28,487 nucleotides of DNA from Alphaproteobacteria bacterium. GTDB taxonomy: Bacteria; Pseudomonadota; Alphaproteobacteria; ATCC43930; CGMCC-115725. The position numbers and the translations under genes are program-made. The stretch is taken from positions 1-28,487 of the forward strand of contig JAFAWI010000074.1 of assembly GCA_019241915.1 (NCBI GenBank), written 5' to 3'. Below the pieces are notes generated by a model. It was not told the DNA's origin, did not search any database, and worked only from the letters and a program-made list of their open reading frames with translations. Shown in pieces: positions 17,004-25,367 of the stretch; position 1 is the stretch's first letter; each line of letters begins with the position of its first letter.

Positions 17004-19466
17004 ATGCAACGCGACCGCGCTTTTTATAAACTCAAACCCGTGCCGACCCGCCAGCCGCTTCGGGGCCCGTTGCCTGTCGCTTTCGCGATCGGCCTCGCCG
17101 CCGCGTTGCCGCCGGCCGGGCTGGTCGCGCTGCCGGGCGGATTGGCGATCCTCGGCACGCCGCAGACCGCCGTTGTGCTGCTCGCGGCGCTGCTGTTCGT
17201 GCCGGCGCTGGTTGCCGTAACGGTCGCGCTGCAAGGCTTCGAGGCGGTTGTCGGGCGGTTCCGGCGACTGACCGACCACGAGGCTTTCCAGATCGTGGCA
17301 CGGGTTCTGCTGAACGGGCTCGCATTTGCGTACCTGATCGGGGCGACCGTGCTGTCGCCGACGGTAGCGGGCGCGGCGCGGGCCGTGCCGGTCGCGGCGT
17401 TGAACCTTGCTTCGGGATGGCTTTTTCTGCTTGGCGCTATTCTGGACCCGCGCGCCTCGGCGCTGCGCCGCTGGGTCGCCTCGGTGTCGGATGCGGCCCT
17501 GCTGTCGATCCTGCTTGCCGCTGGCGACCTTCCGGCCGCGCCGCTGGCGCTGCTCTATCCCTATATCGCCATCAGCAACGGCCGGGTAGGAGACTGGCGG
17601 CGGCTGACGGCGGTCGTGGCGCTCGGGGCTTGCGGCTTTGCTCTGGTCGTCTCGGCGGCGCCGTTTTGGCAGGCGAACCCGCTGATGGCCGCCGGCATCC
17701 TGATCGCGATGACGGCGCTGCCGGCCTATGTCGGAATGCTGCTGCGGCGTTTTGCCGGTGCGGCGCGCGAAGCGGAGAGGGCGAATACGGCAAAGAACCG
17801 GTTTTTGGCGGCGCTCGGCGAGGATTTGCGGACACCGCTGCGCAGCCTCGCCCGGCTTGGGGCGACGGGTGAGCCGGGTCCCTCGGAGGCGGCGCGTATC
17901 CGGGTCTTGGCGCGCGCCATGCTGCTTCAGCTCGACGACGTCCTCAATTACGTCAAGATCGACTCCGGCACGTTTGCCCCCGAGGCGCGCTCCTTCGACG
18001 TTTATCGGTTGGTCAACGGGCTGGTCGCTTCGCTTCGGCCTACGGCCGGCGAGCGGGGCATCGCACTCGCTCTGCGGATCGACCCGCTGCTGCCATTCCT
18101 GCTGCGCGGCTGGCCCAATGAAGTGAGGCAGATTTTCAGCTGCCTGGTCACCAACACGATCTGCCACGCCTCAGCCGGAAGCAAAGTCCACATCGAGCTC
18201 GATGCGGCGGCGGCCGAGGCGGAACGGGTTACAGTCGGTTTCAAGGTGACGACCAGCGAACTCGACAACCGTCTGGACAATGAAGACGATCCGCCAGAGG
18301 TCGCGATCGGTCGACATTTGGCGCTGTCGGTCGCAGAGCGGATGGCGGGTCTGATGGGCGGCTGCGTCGAAATGCAAGCCGGCGCGGGCGGCCTGGTGCT
18401 GCGCGCCGAGTTGCCGTTCGCGATCGATCAAACGGCGGCACGGCCGCCGCTCGATCTTGCACAACTGCCGGTGTTGATTGTTACCGGGGACGCCGATCTT
18501 GTCGGCGAGCTGTTCGAACCGTTCGAAGCGTGGCGCGCCTCGCCGCGGTGGATCGGCGCCGCCGCGGCGGCGCACGATTACCTTGCGGCGATGCCGCCGC
18601 CGGCGCGACGTCCGGTGATCGTACTCGACGGGCGCGGAGACATATTGCCTGCCCTCAACTGGGCCCACCGCGCGCTGTCGCTGACCCCGGCATCGCGGCC
18701 TCAGATACTGTTTGTCGTCGACGAAGCTCGGATCGACAGCGTTGTCGGTTTGGCCGCGGACGAGATCGACGGCATTCTGCCGGCACCGTTCAACCTGGAT
18801 GGGCTGCGTGGCGCGCTGCATGCGCTGTGGCTCGAACCCGAAGACTGGTTTCTCGCCTCCGCAGCCGATGAGGAGTCTCAGCCGCCTGCGGTCGCGGCGC
18901 GGGCCCGACCGCCGGCCGAGATCGAAGATATGGCTGCTCCGCCGCTGCCGGCAGGCGCGTTCGCAGCCGGACCGGGGCCTGCGGGGACGGCCCCGCGGCG
19001 GCGCGAGGTTCTGGTTGCGACGGGAAATACCGCCAATCGCAAGCTGATGGCGTCGTTGCTTGAGCGCGCCGGCCACTCGGTGCATCTGGCCGACAGCACC
19101 GCAGCGAGCCTGCGCATTGTCTCGACGCAGGAGATCGACCTGTTGCTGCTGGACCTGACGAGTTCGTCAGAAGCCGACTGGGAGGCCGCGCGCCGCTGCC
19201 GGCGGACCCGCCCGCGCACATCGATCGTTGCGTTGTCGAACGACCCGCCCGCGACGGCACGACGGCTCGCGCGCGACATTGGCATCGACGCAATACTGAC
19301 CAAGCCGGTCGAACCGAAGCGCCTGCTGGCGGCTATCGATGCGGTGTTCGGCGGCGGTGCGGCGGTGACGCAGCTTGCGGCGCATCGGCGCCGCGGTGCG
19401 GGCAGTCCGGCGAAGCGGTCCGAACCGGCCGAGCTTCCATCGGTCGATCAGGATCAAGGGGTCTAA
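17004..19466 (+). CDS. RpfC-like multi-TM hybrid sensor pseudokinase (TM sensor-HisKA*-HATPase*-REC*-REC); start uncertain
   Basis: Multiple TM helices with PRASALRR..SD, IAISNGR, PFWQANPL; EAERANTAKNRFLAALGEDLRTPL (H-box His replaced by Glu); N-box LVTN retained, G boxes degenerate; two receiver folds (VIVLDG..LPAPF and LLLLDL..VALS..LTKPV). Confidence 0.78.
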   Translation: MQRDRAFYKLKPVPTRQPLRGPLPVAFAIGLAAALPPAGLVALPGGLAILGTPQTAVVLLAALLFVPALVAVTVALQGFEAVVGRFRRLTDHEAFQIVARVLLNGLAFAYLIGATVLSPTVAGAARAVPVAALNLASGWLFLLGAILDPRASALRRWVASVSDAALLSILLAAGDLPAAPLALLYPYIAISNGRVGDWRRLTAVVALGACGFALVVSAAPFWQANPLMAAGILIAMTALPAYVGMLLRRFAGAAREAERANTAKNRFLAALGEDLRTPLRSLARLGATGEPGPSEAARIRVLARAMLLQLDDVLNYVKIDSGTFAPEARSFDVYRLVNGLVASLRPTAGERGIALALRIDPLLPFLLRGWPNEVRQIFSCLVTNTICHASAGSKVHIELDAAAAEAERVTVGFKVTTSELDNRLDNEDDPPEVAIGRHLALSVAERMAGLMGGCVEMQAGAGGLVLRAELPFAIDQTAARPPLDLAQLPVLIVTGDADLVGELFEPFEAWRASPRWIGAAAAAHDYLAAMPPPARRPVIVLDGRGDILPALNWAHRALSLTPASRPQILFVVDEARIDSVVGLAADEIDGILPAPFNLDGLRGALHALWLEPEDWFLASAADEESQPPAVAARARPPAEIEDMAAPPLPAGAFAAGPGPAGTAPRRREVLVATGNTANRKLMASLLERAGHSVHLADSTAASLRIVSTQEIDLLLLDLTSSSEADWEAARRCRRTRPRTSIVALSNDPPATARRLARDIGIDAILTKPVEPKRLLAAIDAVFGGGAAVTQLAAHRRRGAGSPAKRSEPAELPSVDQDQGV

Positions 19467-19500
19467 CGACCTCCGCGGCCGCGTAGGCGGCTCTGTCGGG

Positions 19501-20745
19501 TTAAAGGATCGCGGCTGCCCGCAGCCTGGGCCGCGACGCTGCGCGCCGTTCCGCCAGCACGCCCAGCGCCCGCTCACGATTTTCCCAGCAGCGCCCGAGG
19601 TAGTAAAGCGTGCCGGTGCGCATGAAGACAGCGGTCGCATCGTTGAACGACCCGAGCGCCGCTTCGAGCCGGGATGTGCCGGTCTCTCCCTCGCCCAGCC
19701 GCAGCAGGGCGCCGCCCAAATTGTTGCGGACGATCGCCCATTGCAGCGGCGCCCGCGCATGCGGGCACTCGCCCAGCGCCTCGCGATAGCATTCCGCGGC
19801 GTCGATCATCCCGTCGCCGTGGACCTCCTGCTCGTTCAGCCGCGCCAACGCATTGCCAAGATTGTTGTGCAACATTGCCCAGTCGAGCCGCGCTGTCGCG
19901 CGCGACACCTCGCGCAAGGCCTGCCGGTAAGCCGCCACGGCTTCGCGCAGCGGTCGCGGATCGTGTTCGAGTTCGCCGAGGCTCGACAGCACGTTGCCAA
20001 GACCGCCGAGCCCGCGTGCCCATTCCAGCGGATTGCGCTCCCGCCGATATTCGCTGAGCGCCTCACGATAGGCGGCGGACGCCTCTCGCAGGATGCGCCC
20101 ATCGCCAGCGCGCTCGCCCAGCGTCGCGAGCGCATGACCCAAGGTGGCTTGGGTCAACGCCCACTCCAGCGGGGTGCGGGCCCGGGTCCGTACGCGCAGG
20201 GCCTGCCGGTGCACGGTCACGGCCTCTTCGAAGGCTTTCGTGTCGGCCTCGCGCTCCCCGAGACTGCACAGCGCGGCGCCGAGGTTGTGCAGCGTCATCG
20301 CCCAATCGAGCGGCATCCGTTCCGGGCGGTACTCCTGAAGCGCCTCGCGATAGGCGGCCACCGCCTCGTGCAGGCGTGCGGCCCCAGGCTCCCGCTCGCC
20401 GAGCAGCCGCAGCGCGGCGCCGAGGTTGTTCTGCGTCATCGCCCATTCAAGCGGCAAGCGCGGCCGCGTGTAGACGCTCAGCGCTTCGCGATAGGCGGCA
20501 ACGGCCTCGGCAACACGGTCCGTTCCGGTCTCCCGCTCGCCCAATCGCCGCAAAGCATTTCCGAGGTTGTTTTGCAACATCGCCCATTCGAGCGGCGATG
20601 ATTCGCGGCGGTGACGGCGCTGCAAGCCGCGCAGCATAGAGACTGCCTCGGCAAGCCGTGCAACGGTCAGCTGCCGACCCTCGCCGAGCGCAGCGCCTTC
20701 CAGGATGGGGCTGGCAGAAAAACGAGCCGGAGCGGTTATGGCCAT
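19501..20745 (-). CDS. Stand-alone TPR-like repeat protein (start ATG 20745 or GTG/alternative 20781)
   Basis: Seven 47-aa repeats, consensus PLxWAxxxNNLGxALxxLGERExxxxRLxEAVAAYRxAL. Confidence 0.85.
   Translation of the reverse strand: MAITAPARFSASPILEGAALGEGRQLTVARLAEAVSMLRGLQRRHRRESSPLEWAMLQNNLGNALRRLGERETGTDRVAEAVAAYREALSVYTRPRLPLEWAMTQNNLGAALRLLGEREPGAARLHEAVAAYREALQEYRPERMPLDWAMTLHNLGAALCSLGEREADTKAFEEAVTVHRQALRVRTRARTPLEWALTQATLGHALATLGERAGDGRILREASAAYREALSEYRRERNPLEWARGLGGLGNVLSSLGELEHDPRPLREAVAAYRQALREVSRATARLDWAMLHNNLGNALARLNEQEVHGDGMIDAAECYREALGECPHARAPLQWAIVRNNLGGALLRLGEGETGTSRLEAALGSFNDATAVFMRTGTLYYLGRCWENRERALGVLAERRAASRPRLRAAAIL
19612..20598 (-). repeat. Seven degenerate tandem 141-bp (47-aa) coding repeats
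   Basis: Units begin SPLEW, LPLEW, MPLDW, TPLEW, NPLEW, ARLDW and APLQW at 47-residue spacing. Confidence 0.85.
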
Positions 20746-21054
20746 CGTCCGTACGATCGAGGTTTCTCTTCGGGCTGACAATGTGGCTGACGTTTGTCGG
20801 TGTTCCGGGCTGGGTTGCTCGCCGGCCGAGGCGGGGTCGCGGTAGCGCGGCTGCCGCGCGATTCCCGCGCGCCGATTGCGGCCGCTGCCGGGGAAGGCGC
20901 CGATGCCGCAGCCGCAGGCGGCACAGCCGTTTCCAGGGCGGGAAAAAAATTTAGGACTTTTTCAAGAAGCTCCAACTTATACGGGGGGCGAAATAAACAC
21001 CGGGAGGGGCACTCTCGGCCCGGCAGAACGGCTATCAACGTCAGCGGAGGTCTC

Positions 21055-22032
21055 GTGTTCGAGAGGATCGTCAACGAGGCCAATGACGCGGTCATGGTCG
21101 CCGAAATCAATCCGGAGACCGGTCCGGGTTTCCGAATCATCTACACCAACGCTGCCTTTAGCCGCATTTTCGGCTACGCCGCAGATGAAGTCGTCGGCCG
21201 GTCGCCGCGGTTGCTGCAAGGACCGGAGACCTGCGCCGACACGATCCGCGAAATCAGTGCCGTGGTGCACGGGGGCAGCTCGATCCGTCGACGCATCCTC
21301 AATTACAACAAGGCCGGACGGCCGGTCTGGGTCGATGTCAACATCGTGCCTCTCCCCGGCTTTGACGGCGAGATCCGCCGGTTTGCTGCGATCGAGCGGG
21401 ATGTCACAAACGAGGTGCGGCACGAGGCGCAGCTCGAGCAGCTCGCCTATGTCGATCCGCTGACAAAGCTGGCCAACCGTCGCTATTTCGAGCAAACGCT
21501 GCAACGCGAGTTGTCGCGTGCGCAGCGGCTGCACTTGCCGCTGTCGCTGGCGATCCTTGACATCGACCATTTCAAGCAGGTCAACGACCGTTGGGGCCAT
21601 CCGATCGGCGACCGGGTGATCCATGGGGTGGCGCAGTCGCTGTTAAAATCGGTGCGCGCCTATGACTGCATCGCCCGGATCGGTGGTGAGGAATTCACGG
21701 TCCTGCTGCCCGGCGCCGACCTCGACGCGGGCAAACGCGTCATCGACCGGGTCTGCGCGGACGTCCGGACCACCGTGAAGGTCGAGCTCAGTGAGACGAC
21801 TGTCACCGTCACCTGCAGTGCCGGCTTGACCGCTCGGTGCGGGGCAGCGGACGCGGGTGATAAGATGATTCTGCGCGCCGATCGCGCCCTGTACATGGCG
21901 AAGAATGCCGGTCGGAACCGCGTGGCTGTCTTCGATTCTGCCGAGGACGACGCGGGCGACTCCGGACCTGGCCCAGCCTGGATGGCCAACGCCAGCGCGA
22001 CCGCGCAGGATATACCGGTGAAGGTCGATTGA
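21055..22032 (+). CDS. PAS-GGDEF diguanylate cyclase (start GTG 21055, not 20794)
   Basis: GGAGG SD at 21046-21050; PAS IIYTNAAFSRIFGY..SPRLLQGPET; DPLTKLANRR, DIDHFKQVNDRWGHPIGD, RAYD-x5-GGEEF (active site and I-site both intact). Confidence 0.92.
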   Translation: MFERIVNEANDAVMVAEINPETGPGFRIIYTNAAFSRIFGYAADEVVGRSPRLLQGPETCADTIREISAVVHGGSSIRRRILNYNKAGRPVWVDVNIVPLPGFDGEIRRFAAIERDVTNEVRHEAQLEQLAYVDPLTKLANRRYFEQTLQRELSRAQRLHLPLSLAILDIDHFKQVNDRWGHPIGDRVIHGVAQSLLKSVRAYDCIARIGGEEFTVLLPGADLDAGKRVIDRVCADVRTTVKVELSETTVTVTCSAGLTARCGAADAGDKMILRADRALYMAKNAGRNRVAVFDSAEDDAGDSGPGPAWMANASATAQDIPVKVD

Positions 22033-22059
22033 TCGCCGCGCCCGCGCCAACTTTACCTA

Positions 22060-23130
22060 TCAAATTCGGCGCGGCAGCAGTCGTGTGACGTGACCCATTT
22101 TGCGGCCGGGCCGGATGGTGCGCTTGCCGTACAGGTGCAGCCGCGCCGTGGGGTCGGCGAGCGCCTGAGGCCATAGCCGGACATCCTCGCCGATCAGGTT
22201 TTTCATCACCGCATCGCTGTGCCGTTCGGTAGAGCCGAGCGGCAATCCGCAAATCGCCCGCACCAACTGCTCGAATTGGCTCGTGGCGCAGGCGTCGATT
22301 GTCCAATGGCCGGAATTGTGCGGCCGCGGCGCCAACTCATTGACAAGAATATCGCCGCTGCGGGTGACGAACATCTCAACCGCCAGCACGCCGACCAGAT
22401 CGAGCCGAGTCGCGATTTCGCGAGCGATCGCCTCGGCGGCGCGGGCGGTTTCCGGCGATAGCCGCGCCGGTGCGACCGTCGTATCGAGGATGTGGTTGAC
22501 GTGGCGGTTTTCGACCGGTGGGTAGAAGACCGTGTCGCCGTCTGCGCTACGCGCGACGATGACCGAAACCTCGCAGCGAAAGTCGACAAACGCTTCGAGG
22601 ATGCCGTGCGAGGCGCCCATCGCCGCCCATGCTTGTGCCGCATCGGTGCCGGGATCGATGGCGACTTGCCCCTTGCCGTCGTAGCCCATGCGCACGCTCT
22701 TCAACACGGCCCGGCGCTTGAGTGATCCGACGGCTCGCGCCAGCGCCGCCACGTCGGCAACGTCTTGGAAGTCGGTGGTCGCGACGCCAATGCTGCGCAG
22801 AAAGTTCTTTTCGTTGAGGCGGTGCTGGCTGATCTCGAGAATCTCCGGCCGCGGCAGGACGGGCGTGAGCGATGCCACCCGCCGCACCGCATTGGCTGGA
22901 ATGTTTTCGAACTCGAAGGTCGCGACGTCGACGCTTTCGGCAAAGGCGTCGAGTTTCGCGCCATCGCCATAGCCGCCGACCGTGGCCTCCGCAGCGACCT
23001 GCGCTGCCGGACTGTCCGCTTCGGTGGCATAGACATGGATCCGGTAGCCGAGCCGGGTGGCGGCCATCGCCGTCATCCGGCCGAGCTGGCCGCCGCCGAG
23101 AATCCCGATCGAGGCGCCGGGCGTCAGCAT
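22060..23130 (-). CDS. purK: N5-carboxyaminoimidazole ribonucleotide synthase
   Basis: IGILGGGQLGRM, TFEFENIP, GYDGKGQ, NELAPRPHNSGHWT, LYGK..RPGRKMGH; downstream of purE. Confidence 0.97.
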   Translation of the reverse strand: MLTPGASIGILGGGQLGRMTAMAATRLGYRIHVYATEADSPAAQVAAEATVGGYGDGAKLDAFAESVDVATFEFENIPANAVRRVASLTPVLPRPEILEISQHRLNEKNFLRSIGVATTDFQDVADVAALARAVGSLKRRAVLKSVRMGYDGKGQVAIDPGTDAAQAWAAMGASHGILEAFVDFRCEVSVIVARSADGDTVFYPPVENRHVNHILDTTVAPARLSPETARAAEAIAREIATRLDLVGVLAVEMFVTRSGDILVNELAPRPHNSGHWTIDACATSQFEQLVRAICGLPLGSTERHSDAVMKNLIGEDVRLWPQALADPTARLHLYGKRTIRPGRKMGHVTRLLPRRI

Positions 23131-23157
23131 GGGATCGTGACCAGGAGGTACAAGGGG

Positions 23158-23661
23158 TCAGACCGGTCTGTCTGCCACCGCGTCGGTCTGGTTCTGGCGC
23201 CAGCGCTCAAGCGCGGCGGCAATCTGCGGGTTGTCCGCCGCCAGCATCGCAGCAGCGAACAAAGCGGCGTTTATCGCGCCGCTCTGCCCGATCGCAAATG
23301 TGGCAACCGGCACTCCGGGCGGCATCTGCACGATCGACAGCAGGCTGTCGAGGCCGTGCAGCGCCCGGCTCTGCACCGGCACGCCGAGTACCGGCAGCGA
23401 TGTGAGAGCCGCCGCCATGCCCGGCAAATGCGCCGCGCCACCGGCGCCGGCGATGATCAGCCTCAAGCCCCGTTCGCGGGCCGCGGTGGCGTAGTCGTAA
23501 AGTCGCTTTGGCGTCCGGTGCGCCGAGACGATCCGTGTCTCGTAAGCGACCCCGAGCTTGTCGAGCGTCTGCCCGGCGTGCTGCATGGTGTCCCAATCGG
23601 ATTGGCTGCCCATGATGATGCCGACGGGGACTATGCCGGCCGCGCCACCGGATTCGGCCAT
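23158..23661 (-). CDS. purE: N5-carboxyaminoimidazole ribonucleotide mutase
   Basis: [43 protein letters not shown]. Confidence 0.97.
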   Translation of the reverse strand: MAESGGAAGIVPVGIIMGSQSDWDTMQHAGQTLDKLGVAYETRIVSAHRTPKRLYDYATAARERGLRLIIAGAGGAAHLPGMAAALTSLPVLGVPVQSRALHGLDSLLSIVQMPPGVPVATFAIGQSGAINAALFAAAMLAADNPQIAAALERWRQNQTDAVADRPV

Positions 23662-23696
23662 ACCGCCGTCTCTGACAGTCGTTGCGAGAGTTGCGC

Positions 23697-23724
23697 ATTA
23701 TAGGATCGCGCCCTCGGCGCACAA
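23697..23724 (-). promoter_or_regulatory. Probable sigma70 promoter of purEK
   Basis: Minus strand TTGTGC-N16-TATAAT (perfect -10 at 23697-23702), 35 nt upstream of the purE start. Confidence 0.6.
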
Positions 23725-23773
23725 GCCGCGCCGGGCCCTGTCGCCCGTCAGTTCAAAGGCAAAAACTAGCATG

Positions 23774-23801
23774 TTGCGCCGCGCCGCTGCTGGTTTATAG
23801 A
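23774..23801 (+). promoter_or_regulatory. Possible sigma70 promoter of the divergent GGDEF gene
   Basis: TTGCGC (23774-23779)-N16-TATAGA (23796-23801). Confidence 0.35.
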
Positions 23802-23839
23802 CAACGGGAGATTTCGGTGCGCCGGACGGGGAACAGCGA

Positions 23840-24550
23840 GTGGCGACGGGTCGGCTAAAGGCGGTTACGGCTGGCGCCCCTCGGGGGCGGCGGGTGGCCG
23901 ACCGCGTCTCGGGGTCGCCGCGCGGTAAAAATGCGCCGCACCTCGCGGGGGTAGATCTCAGCGCGCTGTCCCCGGAGCTGCACGCCGCCTTGCTCGGTTT
24001 GCAGGCGGAAAACGCGGCGCTGCGCCAAGAACTGGCCGAGGCGCGCACGCGGATCGCTCAATTGGAGCGCTTGGCGGACGAAGATTCGCTGGCACCCATC
24101 GCGAATCGCCGTGCTTTTGTGCGCGAACTGTCGCGGATGATCGCGTTCACCCGGCGCTATGGACCGCCATCGAGCGTGATCTACTTCGATGTCAATGGCA
24201 TGAAGCAGATCAATGACACGCACGGTCATCCGGCTGGCGATGCGGCCTTGCGCCATATCGCCGCCATCCTGCGCGATAATGTGCGTTCCAGCGACATCGT
24301 CGGCCGTCTCGGCGGCGACGAGTTCGGCGTTATCCTGGCTCAGACCACCCAGGAGCAAGCGGCCTCGAAGGCGGTCGCACTGGCCGAAGCGATCGGTTCA
24401 GCCCCGCTGCGCTGGGGGCAGCTCGACATTCCGGTCAGCGCCGCCTACGGCGTCTACTCGTTTAGCGGCAGCGACGATGCGCAAATCGCCATCGAAGCTG
24501 CGGACAAGGCGATGTACAGCCAGAAGCGCCGCGTCGCGCGCGCCGGCTGA
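23840..24550 (+). CDS. Coiled-coil plus GGDEF diguanylate cyclase
   Basis: LQAENAALRQELAEARTRIAQLERLA coil; DSLAPIANRR, DVNGMKQINDTHGHPAGD, RSSD-x5-GGDEF. Confidence 0.92.
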   Translation: MATGRLKAVTAGAPRGRRVADRVSGSPRGKNAPHLAGVDLSALSPELHAALLGLQAENAALRQELAEARTRIAQLERLADEDSLAPIANRRAFVRELSRMIAFTRRYGPPSSVIYFDVNGMKQINDTHGHPAGDAALRHIAAILRDNVRSSDIVGRLGGDEFGVILAQTTQEQAASKAVALAEAIGSAPLRWGQLDIPVSAAYGVYSFSGSDDAQIAIEAADKAMYSQKRRVARAG

Positions 24551-24563
24551 GCCGCCCTTTAGC

Positions 24564-24767
24564 TCAGGCGATGATATCGGGCAGCAGCTCGCTTTCGATT
24601 TTGGAGATCTGGTCCTTCAGTGCCAGTTTGCGTTTTTTCAGGCGCTGGAGCTGCAGCTGATCGAACGGCGCATTCTCGGCGATTCGTGCGATTACGTCAT
24701 CGAGATCGCGGTGTTCGAGCGTCAAGGCGGCCAATTTCGCCTTCAAGGCTTCGACATCGAGATCCAT
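24564..24767 (-). CDS. DUF465/YdcH-family small protein (67 aa)
   Basis: LAALTLEHRDLDDVI..LQRLKKRKLALKDQI..LLPDIIA; ATG at 24767 (the longer ORF to 25103 is a spurious extension). Confidence 0.9.
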   Translation of the reverse strand: MDLDVEALKAKLAALTLEHRDLDDVIARIAENAPFDQLQLQRLKKRKLALKDQISKIESELLPDIIA

Positions 24768-24833
24768 CGGGGTCGGCGCCAGAGATTCGGTTTGGTTGCC
24801 TGAGCGCTCGCGACGGGGCGCTCGAGCGGGCTC

Positions 24834-24861
24834 ATTATAGCACAGCGGACGTGTGCTGTGC
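24834..24861 (-). promoter_or_regulatory. -10 element plus adjacent inverted repeat in the divergent DUF465/TIGR02444 spacer
   Basis: Minus-strand TATAAT at 24834-24839; GCACAGC-N8-GCTGTGC at 24840-24861. Confidence 0.45.
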
Positions 24862-24887
24862 CCCGGCTTTCCTTTTCGGGTAGACGG

Positions 24888-25367
24888 ATGGCCAAAGAAG
24901 AGATGGCGGAGGCATTCTGGCGGTTCTCGCTGATGGCCTACGCCCGGGAAGGCGTCGCCCAGGCGCTGATCGGCTTGCAGGACCGCCGCGGTCACAACGT
25001 CAACCTGGTGCTGTTCGCGCTTTGGCACGCACTCTGCCGCCGGCAGCGGCTCGATCCCCGGGCGATGGGCCGCGCCCGCAGCGCCGTCGCCGGCTTCGAA
25101 CACGATCTTGTCGGTCCGGTGCGGCGCCTGCGGCGGGCCTTAAAGGACCACTCGGACCCCGATGTGCAGGCTATCCGGCGGCGCCTGCAGTCACTGGAGG
25201 TTGCTGCGGAGCGGCGCGCGCAAGCGCGGCTGGCGGCAGTCGCCCAAGACGGACCGTCCGATGCCGGTGCGGCGGTCGCGGCGCTGGTCGAGGACAACCT
25301 CCGTCTGGTCCTGGGGGGTGATGTTGCTGCGCCGGAAACCCGCGCGATTGTGGCGAGCCTTTTTTAG
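24888..25367 (+). CDS. TIGR02444-family protein
   Basis: FWRFSLMAYAREGVAQALIGLQDRRGHNVNLVLFALW..VRRLRRALK..LEVAAERRAQ. Confidence 0.8.
   Translation: MAKEEMAEAFWRFSLMAYAREGVAQALIGLQDRRGHNVNLVLFALWHALCRRQRLDPRAMGRARSAVAGFEHDLVGPVRRLRRALKDHSDPDVQAIRRRLQSLEVAAERRAQARLAAVAQDGPSDAGAAVAALVEDNLRLVLGGDVAAPETRAIVASLF

Noticed and set aside
17004-19466. Pseudogene interpretation of the degenerate kinase
   Set aside because: No frameshift or stop over 820 codons and all domain boundaries are preserved; the changes I noted are at catalytic motifs (relaxed selection cannot be fully excluded without orthologs)
19612-20598. CRISPR-like or DNA-level tandem array
   Set aside because: The periodicity is a degenerate 141-bp protein-coding repeat with no identical repeats or spacers
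20782-21054. 87-aa N-terminal extension of the PAS-GGDEF protein
   Set aside because: Crosses an AT-rich promoter-like spacer; GGAGG plus GTG at 21055 marks the domain start
21055-21420. LOV blue-light sensor
   Set aside because: The PAS domain has GRSPRLLQG instead of GxNCRFLQG, lacking the photoactive Cys
24768-25103. N-terminal extension of the DUF465 ORF
   Set aside because: Overlaps the TIGR02444 gene and the promoter region; the family is about 60-70 aa
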